A stretch of DNA of 64,000 bases from Anaerolineaceae bacterium (GTDB lineage: Bacteria; Chloroflexota; Anaerolineae; Anaerolineales; Anaerolineaceae), in contig JARKPB010000003.1 in assembly GCA_029975475.1 (NCBI GenBank), forward strand, positions 258,067-322,066. The letters run 5' to 3'. The translations under genes and the position numbers were made by a program. Of the stretch, positions 54,837 through 63,396 are shown in pieces. Under the pieces are notes generated by a model that worked only from the letters and a program-made list of their open reading frames with translations, made no database searches and was not told the DNA's origin. Numbering within the stretch: position 1 is the first letter of the stretch; the number at the start of each line of letters is the position of its first letter.

Positions 54837-55484
54837 CTAGAAGGGTAAAAAGAAGCGGTCGCGGGCGTTGCCCGGTAACCGCTTACGCAAAACGGTTTCA
54901 ACCTGAGACCGGGCCAGCCACTCATCGCGCAGGATAGCATAAATCACATCATCAACCCACCGCCCTTTGAGCAGCAGGCTTTTCACGTGATACGCCTCGC
55001 GGCGCAGGCCCAGGCGTTCCAGCAGGGCGATGGAGCGTTGATTCTCCGGATCCACCGAAGCAGTAACGCGGTGTTTATTGAGCTGCCCAAAACAATAATT
55101 CAACACCGCCGTCAAACCCTCAGCCGCATAACCGCAGCCCCAGTACGCGCGCGCAAGACTGTAGCCAATTTCAATTTGCGCTCCATCGGGTAAAAAATGC
55201 AGCCCGATATCGCCGATCAGGCGGTTTTCCTCCCTCAGACACATACCAACCTGAAACCAGGTATCTGGCGTATCCGGTATGACCTCCTGCATGGCGCGCA
55301 AAAAATCTTCGACCGACTCCAGCGTGGGCGGAGCCCAGCCCTGGTAGCAGGCCACCTCTGGATCGCTGCGGTAAGCGAAAAATGGATCGCGGTCTTCGAT
55401 GATCAGCGGGCGAATGATTAAACGTTCGGTGATTAACGGCTCGAAAGAAGAACCCATGGAAAGAGGGGAAGCGTCCGCGCTCAT
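54837..55484 (-). CDS. GNAT acetyltransferase, RimJ/RimL-like
   Basis: ERLIIRPLIIEDRDPFFAY...IGYSLARAYWGCGYAAEGLTAVLNYCF...HRVTASVDPENQRSIALLERLG. Start trimmed to the ATG at 55484. Confidence 0.8.
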   Translation of the reverse strand: MSADASPLSMGSSFEPLITERLIIRPLIIEDRDPFFAYRSDPEVACYQGWAPPTLESVEDFLRAMQEVIPDTPDTWFQVGMCLREENRLIGDIGLHFLPDGAQIEIGYSLARAYWGCGYAAEGLTAVLNYCFGQLNKHRVTASVDPENQRSIALLERLGLRREAYHVKSLLLKGRWVDDVIYAILRDEWLARSQVETVLRKRLPGNARDRFFLPF

Positions 55485-55714
55485 TTTGGTTCTGCCAGTT
55501 CGCGCAAAGACAGTTGGCCGTCGCGCGCGCTGCCGCCGGGCCGGGCGGTGATGACCAGGAAGGGACCCAGCACCGGCAGGCAAATCGCCAGCGCGCCCCA
55601 GGCGGCATATCCGGCCAGGCTCAGGTCGCGTTTGCGCAAATAAAGCAGCGCCGCTGCCGCCATCACCAGAGCGAAAACCGCCAGCAAAATGCGCAGAAGG
55701 ATGCGTGCGTCCAT
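55481..55714 (-). CDS. Small two-TM membrane protein (77 aa), hypothetical
   Basis: Two hydrophobic helices (ILLAVFALVMAAAALLYL and AAWGALAICLPVLGPFLVI). 4-nt ATGA overlap with the downstream GNAT gene suggests coupling. Confidence 0.4.
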   Translation of the reverse strand: MDARILLRILLAVFALVMAAAALLYLRKRDLSLAGYAAWGALAICLPVLGPFLVITARPGGSARDGQLSLRELAEPK

Positions 55715-55751
55715 ACCAGTATATTGTACATATTTTCTATCATCTACGCAA

Positions 55752-55781
55752 GAAAAATCCCCGCCTGAAAATCAGGCGGGG
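55752..55781 (-). terminator. Intrinsic terminator after the frl-like operon
   Basis: Minus-strand stem CCCCGCCTGA / TCAGGCGGGG with a 3-nt loop, then ATTTTTCT. Confidence 0.7.
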
Positions 55782-55807
55782 CAAAGCAAGGAGAGAAACG
55801 GGATGAT

Positions 55808-56692
55808 TCAACCCCGCAGGCCGCCGGCCGCCAGACCGCGAATAAACTGACGCTGGGTGGCGAGGAAGAGAACGATCATCGGGACCGCTGAAATAATGAT
55901 CCCGGCCATAATCACCGTATACTGTTCCCGCAGCGCGCCGCTGAAGGCCATCAGCCCGACCGGTATGGTTTTCAGTTTTTCGCTGGTGATAAAGGTAAGC
56001 CCGAACATGAACTCGTTCCAGACCCGCATCGCCTCCAGAAGTGCGGCGGAAGCCAGGATCGGGCGGCAAAGGGGAATGACCACGTGCCGGAAAATCCCCA
56101 TGATGGACGCGCCGTCAATTGTTGCGGCTTCCTCAAAATCGCGCGGCAGCCCCAGCATGTACGAACGAATCAGGAAGGTGGTAAACGGAATACCGTAAGC
56201 CACATTGGGCAAAATCATTGCCCAGTAGGTGTTGTACAGCCCCAGGCCGCTCAGAATCCGAAAGAGCGGGATTAAACTCACTTCCGGCGCCAGCATTAAC
56301 CCGCCCAGGATGAAGAAGAGTAAAAATGTATCCCCCTTAAAGCGGAAACGCGCCAGGCCGTAAGCCGCCAGCATCGAGATCCCTAAAACCAGGACCACCG
56401 ATATCGTGGTCACGATCACGCTGTTCAGGATATAGCGGGCGATTCCGTAATTCCACGCCGCCTGGTAATTCTGGTAACGCCAGACTTTGGGTAAAGCCCA
56501 GGATTGATCAAAAAGTTGAATATCCGTCTTGAAGGAATTTACAAAGACCCAGATCAACGGGTAAATGGCGACAACCAGTAAGATGCCGAACAACAGGTAC
56601 ACCAGCAATCTGTTAATCGAACCCTCAAGAGAAACGCGGTAAAACCGACGCATGCGCACATTGAAAGGCGTTTTTGAATGTTCCATGTTCAC
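55808..56692 (-). CDS. Carbohydrate ABC transporter permease (MalG-like)
   Basis: EAA loop: FEEAATIDGASIMGIFRHVVIPLCRP. Six TM segments. Confidence 0.88.
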   Translation of the reverse strand: MNMEHSKTPFNVRMRRFYRVSLEGSINRLLVYLLFGILLVVAIYPLIWVFVNSFKTDIQLFDQSWALPKVWRYQNYQAAWNYGIARYILNSVIVTTISVVLVLGISMLAAYGLARFRFKGDTFLLFFILGGLMLAPEVSLIPLFRILSGLGLYNTYWAMILPNVAYGIPFTTFLIRSYMLGLPRDFEEAATIDGASIMGIFRHVVIPLCRPILASAALLEAMRVWNEFMFGLTFITSEKLKTIPVGLMAFSGALREQYTVIMAGIIISAVPMIVLFLATQRQFIRGLAAGGLRG

Positions 56693-57582
56693 GACTCCTT
56701 TCCAGTGCGGCCAATTCGCAGTTGAATAAAAGTCAGGGCAAAGGTGATGACAAACAGCAAGGTCGCCAGGGCGGAGGCGTACCCCATTTCGTCATTGCGA
56801 AAACCAACCCGGTAGAGATAACCGCCCAGTGTGTTGCTGGCATTGTTGGGGCCGCCGGCGGTCATCACCCAGACAATATCAAAGACTTTGAACCCGCCAA
56901 TTACAGTGATGGTCGTCAGCACCAGAATTGTTTCCCGGATCATCGGGATGGTGATGTTAAAGAACTGCTGCATCGCAGACGCGCCGTCGATTCTCGCGGC
57001 TTCATACAGCTCTTCTGGGATGGCCTGGATGGCCACAATAAACAGAATCATACAGTAGCCGACCCACTGCCATTGAGAGACACCGATCACCGCGAAAATC
57101 GCCGTGGATTCCTCACCCAGCCAGGCATGCGCCAGGTTCCCCAGCCCGATCGCGCGCAGGAATTGATTGATCAGGCCCGAATTCGGGCTGTAGATTAACT
57201 GCCAGGTGATGCCAACCACGGTAACAGCCAGGACGCTTGGCAGGAAAAACGCGCTGCGGAAGATCGAACCCCAGCGCGGGCGGATCACCCTGGATTCAAG
57301 AATTGCGGCGAGGATTAATGCGAAAAATACCTGAAATGCCACCGAGATAAGCGCATAAAGAACATTGTTGCGCAGGGCGATCGGAATGATTTTGTCGTTT
57401 AAAATCCGCGCGTAATTATCCAGACCGATGTACTTCAGAGTGGGATCGATCGAACTCCAGCAAAAAAGGCTGTAATAAATATTTTCGACCACGGGGATGT
57501 ACACAAAAACCAGCATGATGACCACCGCGGGGATAATCAACAGATAGGGGGTTATCCATCTTTTCCATCGGTACGTTTTCAT
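56689..57582 (-). CDS. Carbohydrate ABC transporter permease (MalF-like)
   Basis: EAA loop: LYEAARIDGASAMQQFFNITIPMIRE. Six TM segments. 4-nt overlap with the next permease gene. Confidence 0.88.
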   Translation of the reverse strand: MKTYRWKRWITPYLLIIPAVVIMLVFVYIPVVENIYYSLFCWSSIDPTLKYIGLDNYARILNDKIIPIALRNNVLYALISVAFQVFFALILAAILESRVIRPRWGSIFRSAFFLPSVLAVTVVGITWQLIYSPNSGLINQFLRAIGLGNLAHAWLGEESTAIFAVIGVSQWQWVGYCMILFIVAIQAIPEELYEAARIDGASAMQQFFNITIPMIRETILVLTTITVIGGFKVFDIVWVMTAGGPNNASNTLGGYLYRVGFRNDEMGYASALATLLFVITFALTFIQLRIGRTGKES

Positions 57583-57653
57583 TCCAGATCCTCTCCCAGG
57601 CGTACGCGGGGGATGCAGGCACCAGGTCCTGCACCCCCCAAAGGATTTATTTC

Positions 57654-58967
57654 TTACTTTAACTCAGACTGGACCGTAACGGCAATATCGTGCACTTCCT
57701 TCATAACCTCTTCCGGAGTCTTTGAACCGGTCAGCAGCGCCTGCATACCCGGCAGATAGACTTCCACGATCTTAATATTCATGTCGGTGTCCATCCACAG
57801 CGCCATGCCAGAGGCTGCGTTAATCTGAGCCAGGCCGCCGCGAACGCTGGGCAGCGAATTATCTTCGGTCACCGCGCCTACCGCCGCGCTCGGGATGCCC
57901 AGGCGCTTGACATATTCATACCCCATTTCCGGGCTGGTAACAAACTTGAGGAAGTCAATTGCTTCAGCCGGATGTTTGGTCTTGCCGTACACCATGAAAC
58001 CGTCCGGAGCGCCGGTAATCAGTTTGGGATCGCCTTTACCGCCCGTCCCGCCCGGCAGCTGGAAGTACCCAAACCAGTCATCGCCGCGATCCTGCGCCAG
58101 CGTGGCAAACTCTTCCAGTTCCAGGTAGAACATGGCCGCTTTTCCTGCGATGAACGAGGAGCGGGCGTTAGAATGGCTGATGCCGTTCGCGCCGCTGTTG
58201 AAATAGCCCAGGTCGCCCAGCATCTTAAACCGGCGCAGCGCTTCCACGTAGCCCGGATCGGTGAACAGCGTGTTGGCGTCAGCGGTGAGCAAATAATCAC
58301 CCTTTAACGTCTCGGGATCCACCAGCTTGGCGTTGAAGTCGCCCACGTAATGCGCCGAAGCCCACGGGAATTCATTTCCAAACGCGATCGGGACTTCACC
58401 ATTCGCCTTAAGGGTTTCACAAACCGCCAGGAATTCATCCCAGGTGGTTGGAACGCTCAAATTGTATTTGGCGAAAATTTCTTTGTTGTAAGCCATGAAT
58501 TTGGCATTGATCCGCATGGGAACGCCGTAGATCTTTCCGTTGAGTTTGAAGGGTTCCACCGCAGCCATGACGATCTTGTCTTTCCAGTCGCTGTTCATCA
58601 TCGCATCGGTCAGATCCAGCGCCTGCCCGGCCCGCGCGAATTTCCAGGAAAATTCACCCGCCCAGGAGAAATAAATATCCGGCACATCGCCAGAGGCCAT
58701 CAGAACCCGGATCTTATCTTTGTAGGCTTCATCGGAAGCGGCTTCCATTTCAATCTTCACATTGGGATGAGCCTTTTCATATTCCGCGATGACGTAATTA
58801 TAGTAATCGAGCTGTTCGGGCTCCGGCCACTTGTGGAAGAAACGGATGGTCACTTTTTCGTCCTTGCTGCCGCCCGATTCTGTGCCGGCGGCAGGCGCGC
58901 CGCAGGCCGTTAAAACCAGGCTGGCCAGCAGCACAAGACTAACGAGAACTAACAACTTGCTTTTCAT
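57654..58967 (-). CDS. ABC transporter extracellular solute-binding lipoprotein (family 1)
   Basis: MKSKLLVLVSLVLLASLVLTACGAP has a lipobox. Typical sugar-SBP length. GGAGGA RBS before the ATG at 58967. Confidence 0.85.
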   Translation of the reverse strand: MKSKLLVLVSLVLLASLVLTACGAPAAGTESGGSKDEKVTIRFFHKWPEPEQLDYYNYVIAEYEKAHPNVKIEMEAASDEAYKDKIRVLMASGDVPDIYFSWAGEFSWKFARAGQALDLTDAMMNSDWKDKIVMAAVEPFKLNGKIYGVPMRINAKFMAYNKEIFAKYNLSVPTTWDEFLAVCETLKANGEVPIAFGNEFPWASAHYVGDFNAKLVDPETLKGDYLLTADANTLFTDPGYVEALRRFKMLGDLGYFNSGANGISHSNARSSFIAGKAAMFYLELEEFATLAQDRGDDWFGYFQLPGGTGGKGDPKLITGAPDGFMVYGKTKHPAEAIDFLKFVTSPEMGYEYVKRLGIPSAAVGAVTEDNSLPSVRGGLAQINAASGMALWMDTDMNIKIVEVYLPGMQALLTGSKTPEEVMKEVHDIAVTVQSELK

Positions 58968-59066
58968 TTTCTCCTCCGAACCATTTTGATTGGATGAACA
59001 CGCTTGAGCCAGATGGTTTTTTTCAACCGGCTCGCACCACACTACTGGCAGGACGCCAGAATGCTG

Positions 59067-59876
59067 CTAAAAAGATTGTCCATACCCAAAAGCCCCGTAA
59101 TGCTTGCAATTTTCTGCCGCAAAATGCGCCGCTTTTTGCAAAGCCGCCGGGATGGAATCACCTCCTGTATAGGAAACCAGAAAACAGGCCGCGAAGGCAT
59201 CGCCTGCGCCCAGGGTATCCACCACCTCTACCGGGATAATTCCCTGATGATAAAAGGTGCGTCCGTCAAATACCCAGGCGCCGTCCGCGCCGCGCGTGGC
59301 CAGCACCAGCTTTGGCCCCTGCGCCTGCATCCAGCGCATCAACGCAGGTTGTTCCCCTTCCGGAACGTCCGACAAAGAAAGAATGGCCACATCCACAAAC
59401 GGGAGGACCTGATGGAGGTAAGCTTCGTCATGGCGCTGCGAGAGGTCAAAGGAAAGCAGCTGGCTGGCTGCCCTTAACTCAGGCAATTGCTTTTCGATGT
59501 AGGAAAACACGCTGGTGTGAACGACATCAAAGCCCTGAATATAATCAAAGTCTTCTTTCTCCAGATGCAGCAGCTGACAGGCGCCGTTATCACCTTCACC
59601 AAAAACACGGTCGCCGTCAATCAGCGTGACGGTTGAGAATGCGGTCGGCAGGGTATCCACCCTCCGGCAGCGCGACAGATCCAATCCTTCCTCGGTTAAC
59701 ACCGAGTAAATGATCGTTCCGCGCTCATCATTCCCCAGCCAGCCCAGATAAGCCGCCGGGCAGCCCAGGCGTTTGGCAAGCACGGCCACATTGACCGCGT
59801 TCCCGCCAGGGTAGCGCTTGCGCTGATGAATGTACGTGTCTACAGTGTTGTCGCCTACGCCAATGACCTTGACCAT
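59067..59876 (-). CDS. PfkB-family kinase, fructoselysine 6-kinase (FrlD)-like
   Basis: MVKVIGVGDNTVDTY...GGNAVNVA...DTLGAGDAFAACF (PfkB signature). About 269 aa. Sits next to the SIS deglycase gene. Confidence 0.75.
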   Translation of the reverse strand: MVKVIGVGDNTVDTYIHQRKRYPGGNAVNVAVLAKRLGCPAAYLGWLGNDERGTIIYSVLTEEGLDLSRCRRVDTLPTAFSTVTLIDGDRVFGEGDNGACQLLHLEKEDFDYIQGFDVVHTSVFSYIEKQLPELRAASQLLSFDLSQRHDEAYLHQVLPFVDVAILSLSDVPEGEQPALMRWMQAQGPKLVLATRGADGAWVFDGRTFYHQGIIPVEVVDTLGAGDAFAACFLVSYTGGDSIPAALQKAAHFAAENCKHYGAFGYGQSF

Positions 59877-59878
59877 TT

Positions 59879-60895
59879 TTAATACTCAAATTTCCACATG
59901 TAGCGGCGGGTGGAAAGCGGATGGTTGTGCCAGACCGCCAGATGTTCCATCAGGCGTCCGGTCGCCGCTTCCAGCACAAAGGGAGCGAAAATCGGGCGAA
60001 CCTCTTTATCGATTCCGCGCATCTCAAAGTCTTTTGAATCATATACAATCAACCGTTCGGTGAACTTCTTGCAAAAACGGATCACCCGTTCGGCGATCGG
60101 GCGGCTCTCATCTTCCCCGACATATACCATCACCGGCACATCAGGAAGGACCACTTCAAACGGCCCGTGGAAAAATTCGGCGGCTTCGCCGGTGAAGGTA
60201 TGCATCCACTGCATTTCCATCATGACGCACACGCCGGTCACATAGGCGGCCGCATAACAGGGGCCCGATCCCAGCACCATGAAATAATCATCTTCGTGAT
60301 AAAGGCGCGCTTCTTCAATCGCGCGTTTGTCATTTGCGACGGCGGTCTCAAACAGCACTTCCGGCAGGGCTTCCAGATCTTTTAAGACTTTATCCGCCAG
60401 TTTCCAACCTTCCGCTTCCTTCGCAAAACCAGCCAGCAGCGCCATCAGCACGATAAATTTGGCCATATAGCCGTGGTCGCTTTTTCCGTAGCACAACGTT
60501 CCCGGAACAGCCTGGGCGAGGGGCGAATCTTCGGTTTGCGTAACCGCGGCCACTTTACACCCGTACGGCTTCACAAATTCAGCCGCCTGCAGCACTTCCG
60601 GCGTGGTTCCTGAATGAGAAGCCAGTATCACCAGGGAATTCGCGTCCAGTTTCGCCGGCGCCTGGTAGATAAATTCCGCGGGGAAGTAAAGGTGAAATTC
60701 CACCGTTTTGATATCGCGGTCAAGAAAATACTTGATGGCGCCCATCTCGCGGTTCGGCGCGCCGCAGCCCACCAGGAAAACCCGCCGGATACCCTGCCTG
60801 GCGAAATCAGCGCCCAGTCGGGCAGCAGCGTCTTTTAGAGAGGCCGCTTTCTCTAAATGAGACAGATACTCCTTTCGCTCCAGTTCAATCGCCAT
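59879..60895 (-). CDS. Double-SIS-domain protein, fructoselysine-6-phosphate deglycase (FrlB)-like
   Basis: VFLVGCGAP...ILASHSGTTPE (SIS motif) and a second SIS half. Start at the ATG at 60895. Confidence 0.75.
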   Translation of the reverse strand: MAIELERKEYLSHLEKAASLKDAAARLGADFARQGIRRVFLVGCGAPNREMGAIKYFLDRDIKTVEFHLYFPAEFIYQAPAKLDANSLVILASHSGTTPEVLQAAEFVKPYGCKVAAVTQTEDSPLAQAVPGTLCYGKSDHGYMAKFIVLMALLAGFAKEAEGWKLADKVLKDLEALPEVLFETAVANDKRAIEEARLYHEDDYFMVLGSGPCYAAAYVTGVCVMMEMQWMHTFTGEAAEFFHGPFEVVLPDVPVMVYVGEDESRPIAERVIRFCKKFTERLIVYDSKDFEMRGIDKEVRPIFAPFVLEAATGRLMEHLAVWHNHPLSTRRYMWKFEY

Positions 60896-60947
60896 ACAAC
60901 AACTCCTTTCAAAACTTTTCCGATAGACCACGCTCGAATTTGGCATA

Positions 60948-60959
60948 TGGTATATACCA
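60948..60959. promoter_or_regulatory. Candidate GntR/HutC operator upstream of the frlB-like gene
   Basis: Perfect 12-bp palindrome TGGTATATACCA. Identical to the copy at 61760-61771. Confidence 0.6.
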
Positions 60960-60979
60960 ACGTGGTATTTTTAAAAAGC

Positions 60980-61750
60980 CTATAAGGACCGGATCACCGC
61001 CGTGGAGTGAAACACAACCCGTTCGGGGTGATTGACTGATTTTAAGTATTCCACCGCCTGGTCGTTTTCATTGCTGATCACCGACCGCAGCAGGATGATC
61101 GGGCTGTTGGGCCGCAGCCCCAACAATTCCGCTTCTTCAGGGGTGGCGTAACTCATCTTTAAGGTCTCGTCATTTTTACTGACTTCAATTGCGTAGCGCT
61201 CGCGCAGGATCGCGTAGAGGGAAGTATTCTCAAGGGCAAAATCCTCCGCGCACAACCCGGGAACCAGCTTTTGAGGCAGGTAGCTGGTCTCGATGCAGAA
61301 CGGCGTCCCGTTTGCCAGCCGCAGACGGCGCAGCACCACCACCATCTCCCCCACCCGCAGCTGCAGCTTTTCGGCGATCTTAACCGGAGCCGGGATGATT
61401 TCAAACAATAACAGGCGCGAGCCGGGCGCGGCCCCGGTCATGCGCAGCATCTGAGTCAAACCCTGGGCAAATTCTTTGCCCACCCGTCGTAAAACCTGCG
61501 GCTGTTTGACGTAGGTGCCCTGGGTTGATCGTCTTTCCAGCAACCCGCGGCGGGTAAGATTTTCAACCGCCCGGCGAACGGTCATCCTGCTGACCCCCAG
61601 TGCCTCGGATAACTCGCGTTCAGATGGGATCTGATCCCCGGGCGAATATACCAGCCCCTCGATCATCTCTTTGAGCGAGGCTTCAACCTGCAGGTACAGC
61701 GGCACATGCAGGGGACCGTTCAGTTTGGGTAAATCTGTACCAGTTTGCAT
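60980..61750 (-). CDS. GntR-family (HutC/FrlR subfamily) transcriptional regulator with UTRA domain
   Basis: wHTH: GDQIPSERELSEALGVSRMTVRRAVENLTRRGLLERRSTQGTYV. UTRA-like C-terminal half. Confidence 0.88.
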   Translation of the reverse strand: MQTGTDLPKLNGPLHVPLYLQVEASLKEMIEGLVYSPGDQIPSERELSEALGVSRMTVRRAVENLTRRGLLERRSTQGTYVKQPQVLRRVGKEFAQGLTQMLRMTGAAPGSRLLLFEIIPAPVKIAEKLQLRVGEMVVVLRRLRLANGTPFCIETSYLPQKLVPGLCAEDFALENTSLYAILRERYAIEVSKNDETLKMSYATPEEAELLGLRPNSPIILLRSVISNENDQAVEYLKSVNHPERVVFHSTAVIRSL

Positions 61751-61759
61751 TTTGGTTCT

Positions 61760-61771
61760 TGGTATATACCA
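61760..61771. promoter_or_regulatory. Candidate GntR/HutC operator upstream of the regulator gene (autoregulation)
   Basis: Perfect palindrome TGGTATATACCA, 10 nt upstream of the GntR start codon. Confidence 0.6.
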
Positions 61772-61809
61772 ATATCTATTATAACGACAAATTTCAATTA
61801 ATCAAGATA

Positions 61810-61848
61810 CAAAAATCCCCGCCTGATGAACAGGCGGGGATCTGTTTT
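61810..61848 (-). terminator. Intrinsic terminator after gdhA
   Basis: Stem ATCCCCGCCTG / CAGGCGGGGAT with a 5-nt loop. TTTTTGT follows on the minus strand. Confidence 0.7.
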
Positions 61849-61861
61849 CTGTGCGCCGCGA

Positions 61862-63148
61862 TTAAATCCAGCCGCGCAGCTCCATCGCCTTGACCACACG
61901 GGCGATCGCGACCATGTAAGCCGCGTCGCGCATGTACACCTTTTCTTTCTGGCTCATTTCCAGCACGCCGTGGAAAGCCTGGGTCATCTTGGTATCCAGT
62001 TTTTCAAGCACTTCTTCTTTCGTCCAGTAGAAGTTCATGTCGTTCTGAACGCCTTCAAAGTACGAGCAGGTTACCCCGCCGGCGTTGCAGAGGAAATCGG
62101 GAATATCAAAGATGCCGCGTTTCTTGAAGACCTCATCCGCTTCCGGGGTTACCGGGCCGTTTGCGCCTTCAGCCACAATCTTGACCTTGCTGGAAATCTT
62201 ATCCACATTTTCAGCCGTGATCTGATTTTCAATCGCTGCCGGGATGAGCACATCCACTTCCTTGGTCAACCAGGCGTCCCCGGCTTCAATGGTGTAACCA
62301 GCCGCTTTGGCTTTGGCTTTGTCAATCGAGCCGTATTGATCGGTGATGGACATCAGGAAGCGCGGATCAACGCCATCGGCTTTGTAATAGGTATAGCTGG
62401 TCTTATCTTCGCGGTCGTAGCAGGAAACGCAGACCACTTTTCCTTTCAGGAATTCGATAAAACCAATCGCAGCGTACTGAGCCACATTCCCAAAGCCCTG
62501 AATGGAAGCGGTGCATTTGCTTGAATCCAGGCCCAGGTGCTTCATGGCTTCGCGCACGGTGTAAATCACGCCGAAGCCGGTCGCTTCGGTGCGCCCCAGC
62601 GAACCGCCGCCGCCGAGGGGTTTTCCGGTAATCACACCGGGGGTGTATTCGCCGCTCAAGCGGGAATATTCATCCATCATCCAGCCCATCATCTGCGGGG
62701 TGGTGCCGACATCCGGCGCCGGGACATCCTGGCGCGGGCCGATATTCTTCCACATTTGCTGAACCCAGCCGCGGCAGAGGCGTTCTTTTTCGCCGACTGA
62801 GAGGGTGGCCGGGTCGCAGATCACGCCGCCCTTACCGCCGCCCAGGGGAATGTCTGCCACGGCGCATTTCCAGGTCATCCAGGTCGCCAGAGCGCGCACG
62901 GTATCCAGCGTTTCGGCCGGATGGAAGCGGATCCCGCCCTTGTTCGGTCCGCGGGCATCATTATGTTGAACGCGGAAACCCTGAAAAACCTTAATGGTGC
63001 CGTCATCCATGCGCACAGGGATGCGGAAGGAATATTCCCGCAGCGGCCAGCGCAAGATTTCGCGCACCTGGGGGTCCAGCTTGAGCAGATCGGCGACGCC
63101 GTCAAACTGCCGCTGGGCCATTTCAAACGCATTGATATTGCTTGCCAT
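61862..63148 (-). CDS. gdhA: Glutamate dehydrogenase (Glu/Leu/Phe/Val dehydrogenase family)
   Basis: FQGFRVQHNDARGPNKGGIRFHP and ADIPLGGGKGGV (catalytic Lys region). GFGNVAQYAA Rossmann. Start trimmed to the ATG at 63148. Confidence 0.92.
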   Translation of the reverse strand: MASNINAFEMAQRQFDGVADLLKLDPQVREILRWPLREYSFRIPVRMDDGTIKVFQGFRVQHNDARGPNKGGIRFHPAETLDTVRALATWMTWKCAVADIPLGGGKGGVICDPATLSVGEKERLCRGWVQQMWKNIGPRQDVPAPDVGTTPQMMGWMMDEYSRLSGEYTPGVITGKPLGGGGSLGRTEATGFGVIYTVREAMKHLGLDSSKCTASIQGFGNVAQYAAIGFIEFLKGKVVCVSCYDREDKTSYTYYKADGVDPRFLMSITDQYGSIDKAKAKAAGYTIEAGDAWLTKEVDVLIPAAIENQITAENVDKISSKVKIVAEGANGPVTPEADEVFKKRGIFDIPDFLCNAGGVTCSYFEGVQNDMNFYWTKEEVLEKLDTKMTQAFHGVLEMSQKEKVYMRDAAYMVAIARVVKAMELRGWI

Positions 63149-63307
63149 CGTTTTTTCTCCTATCAGGCGATAAGGATGGAATGAATGGGATTTTGGCTGG
63201 CTGGAAGGGGCATTAAAATAGGCGGACACACCGGTGCCGTGCCCGCCGTCTCGCCTTTGGGTTGGAAAGGAAATCGCATCTTGCCCGCCCCATCCATTGA
63301 CAGTACT

Positions 63308-63336
63308 AGATTAACGGACTTGCAGGCTTCCGTCAA
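63308..63336 (-). promoter_or_regulatory. Sigma70-like promoter for gdhA
   Basis: On the minus strand: TTGACG (63336-63331), 17-nt spacer, TAATCT (63313-63308). This would give a ~150-nt leader. Confidence 0.35.
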
Positions 63337-63396
63337 GATGATAAAACTCCGAAGGAATCGGATGGTTGTCAGGTTGAGACCGCGTTTTGTCAGATT

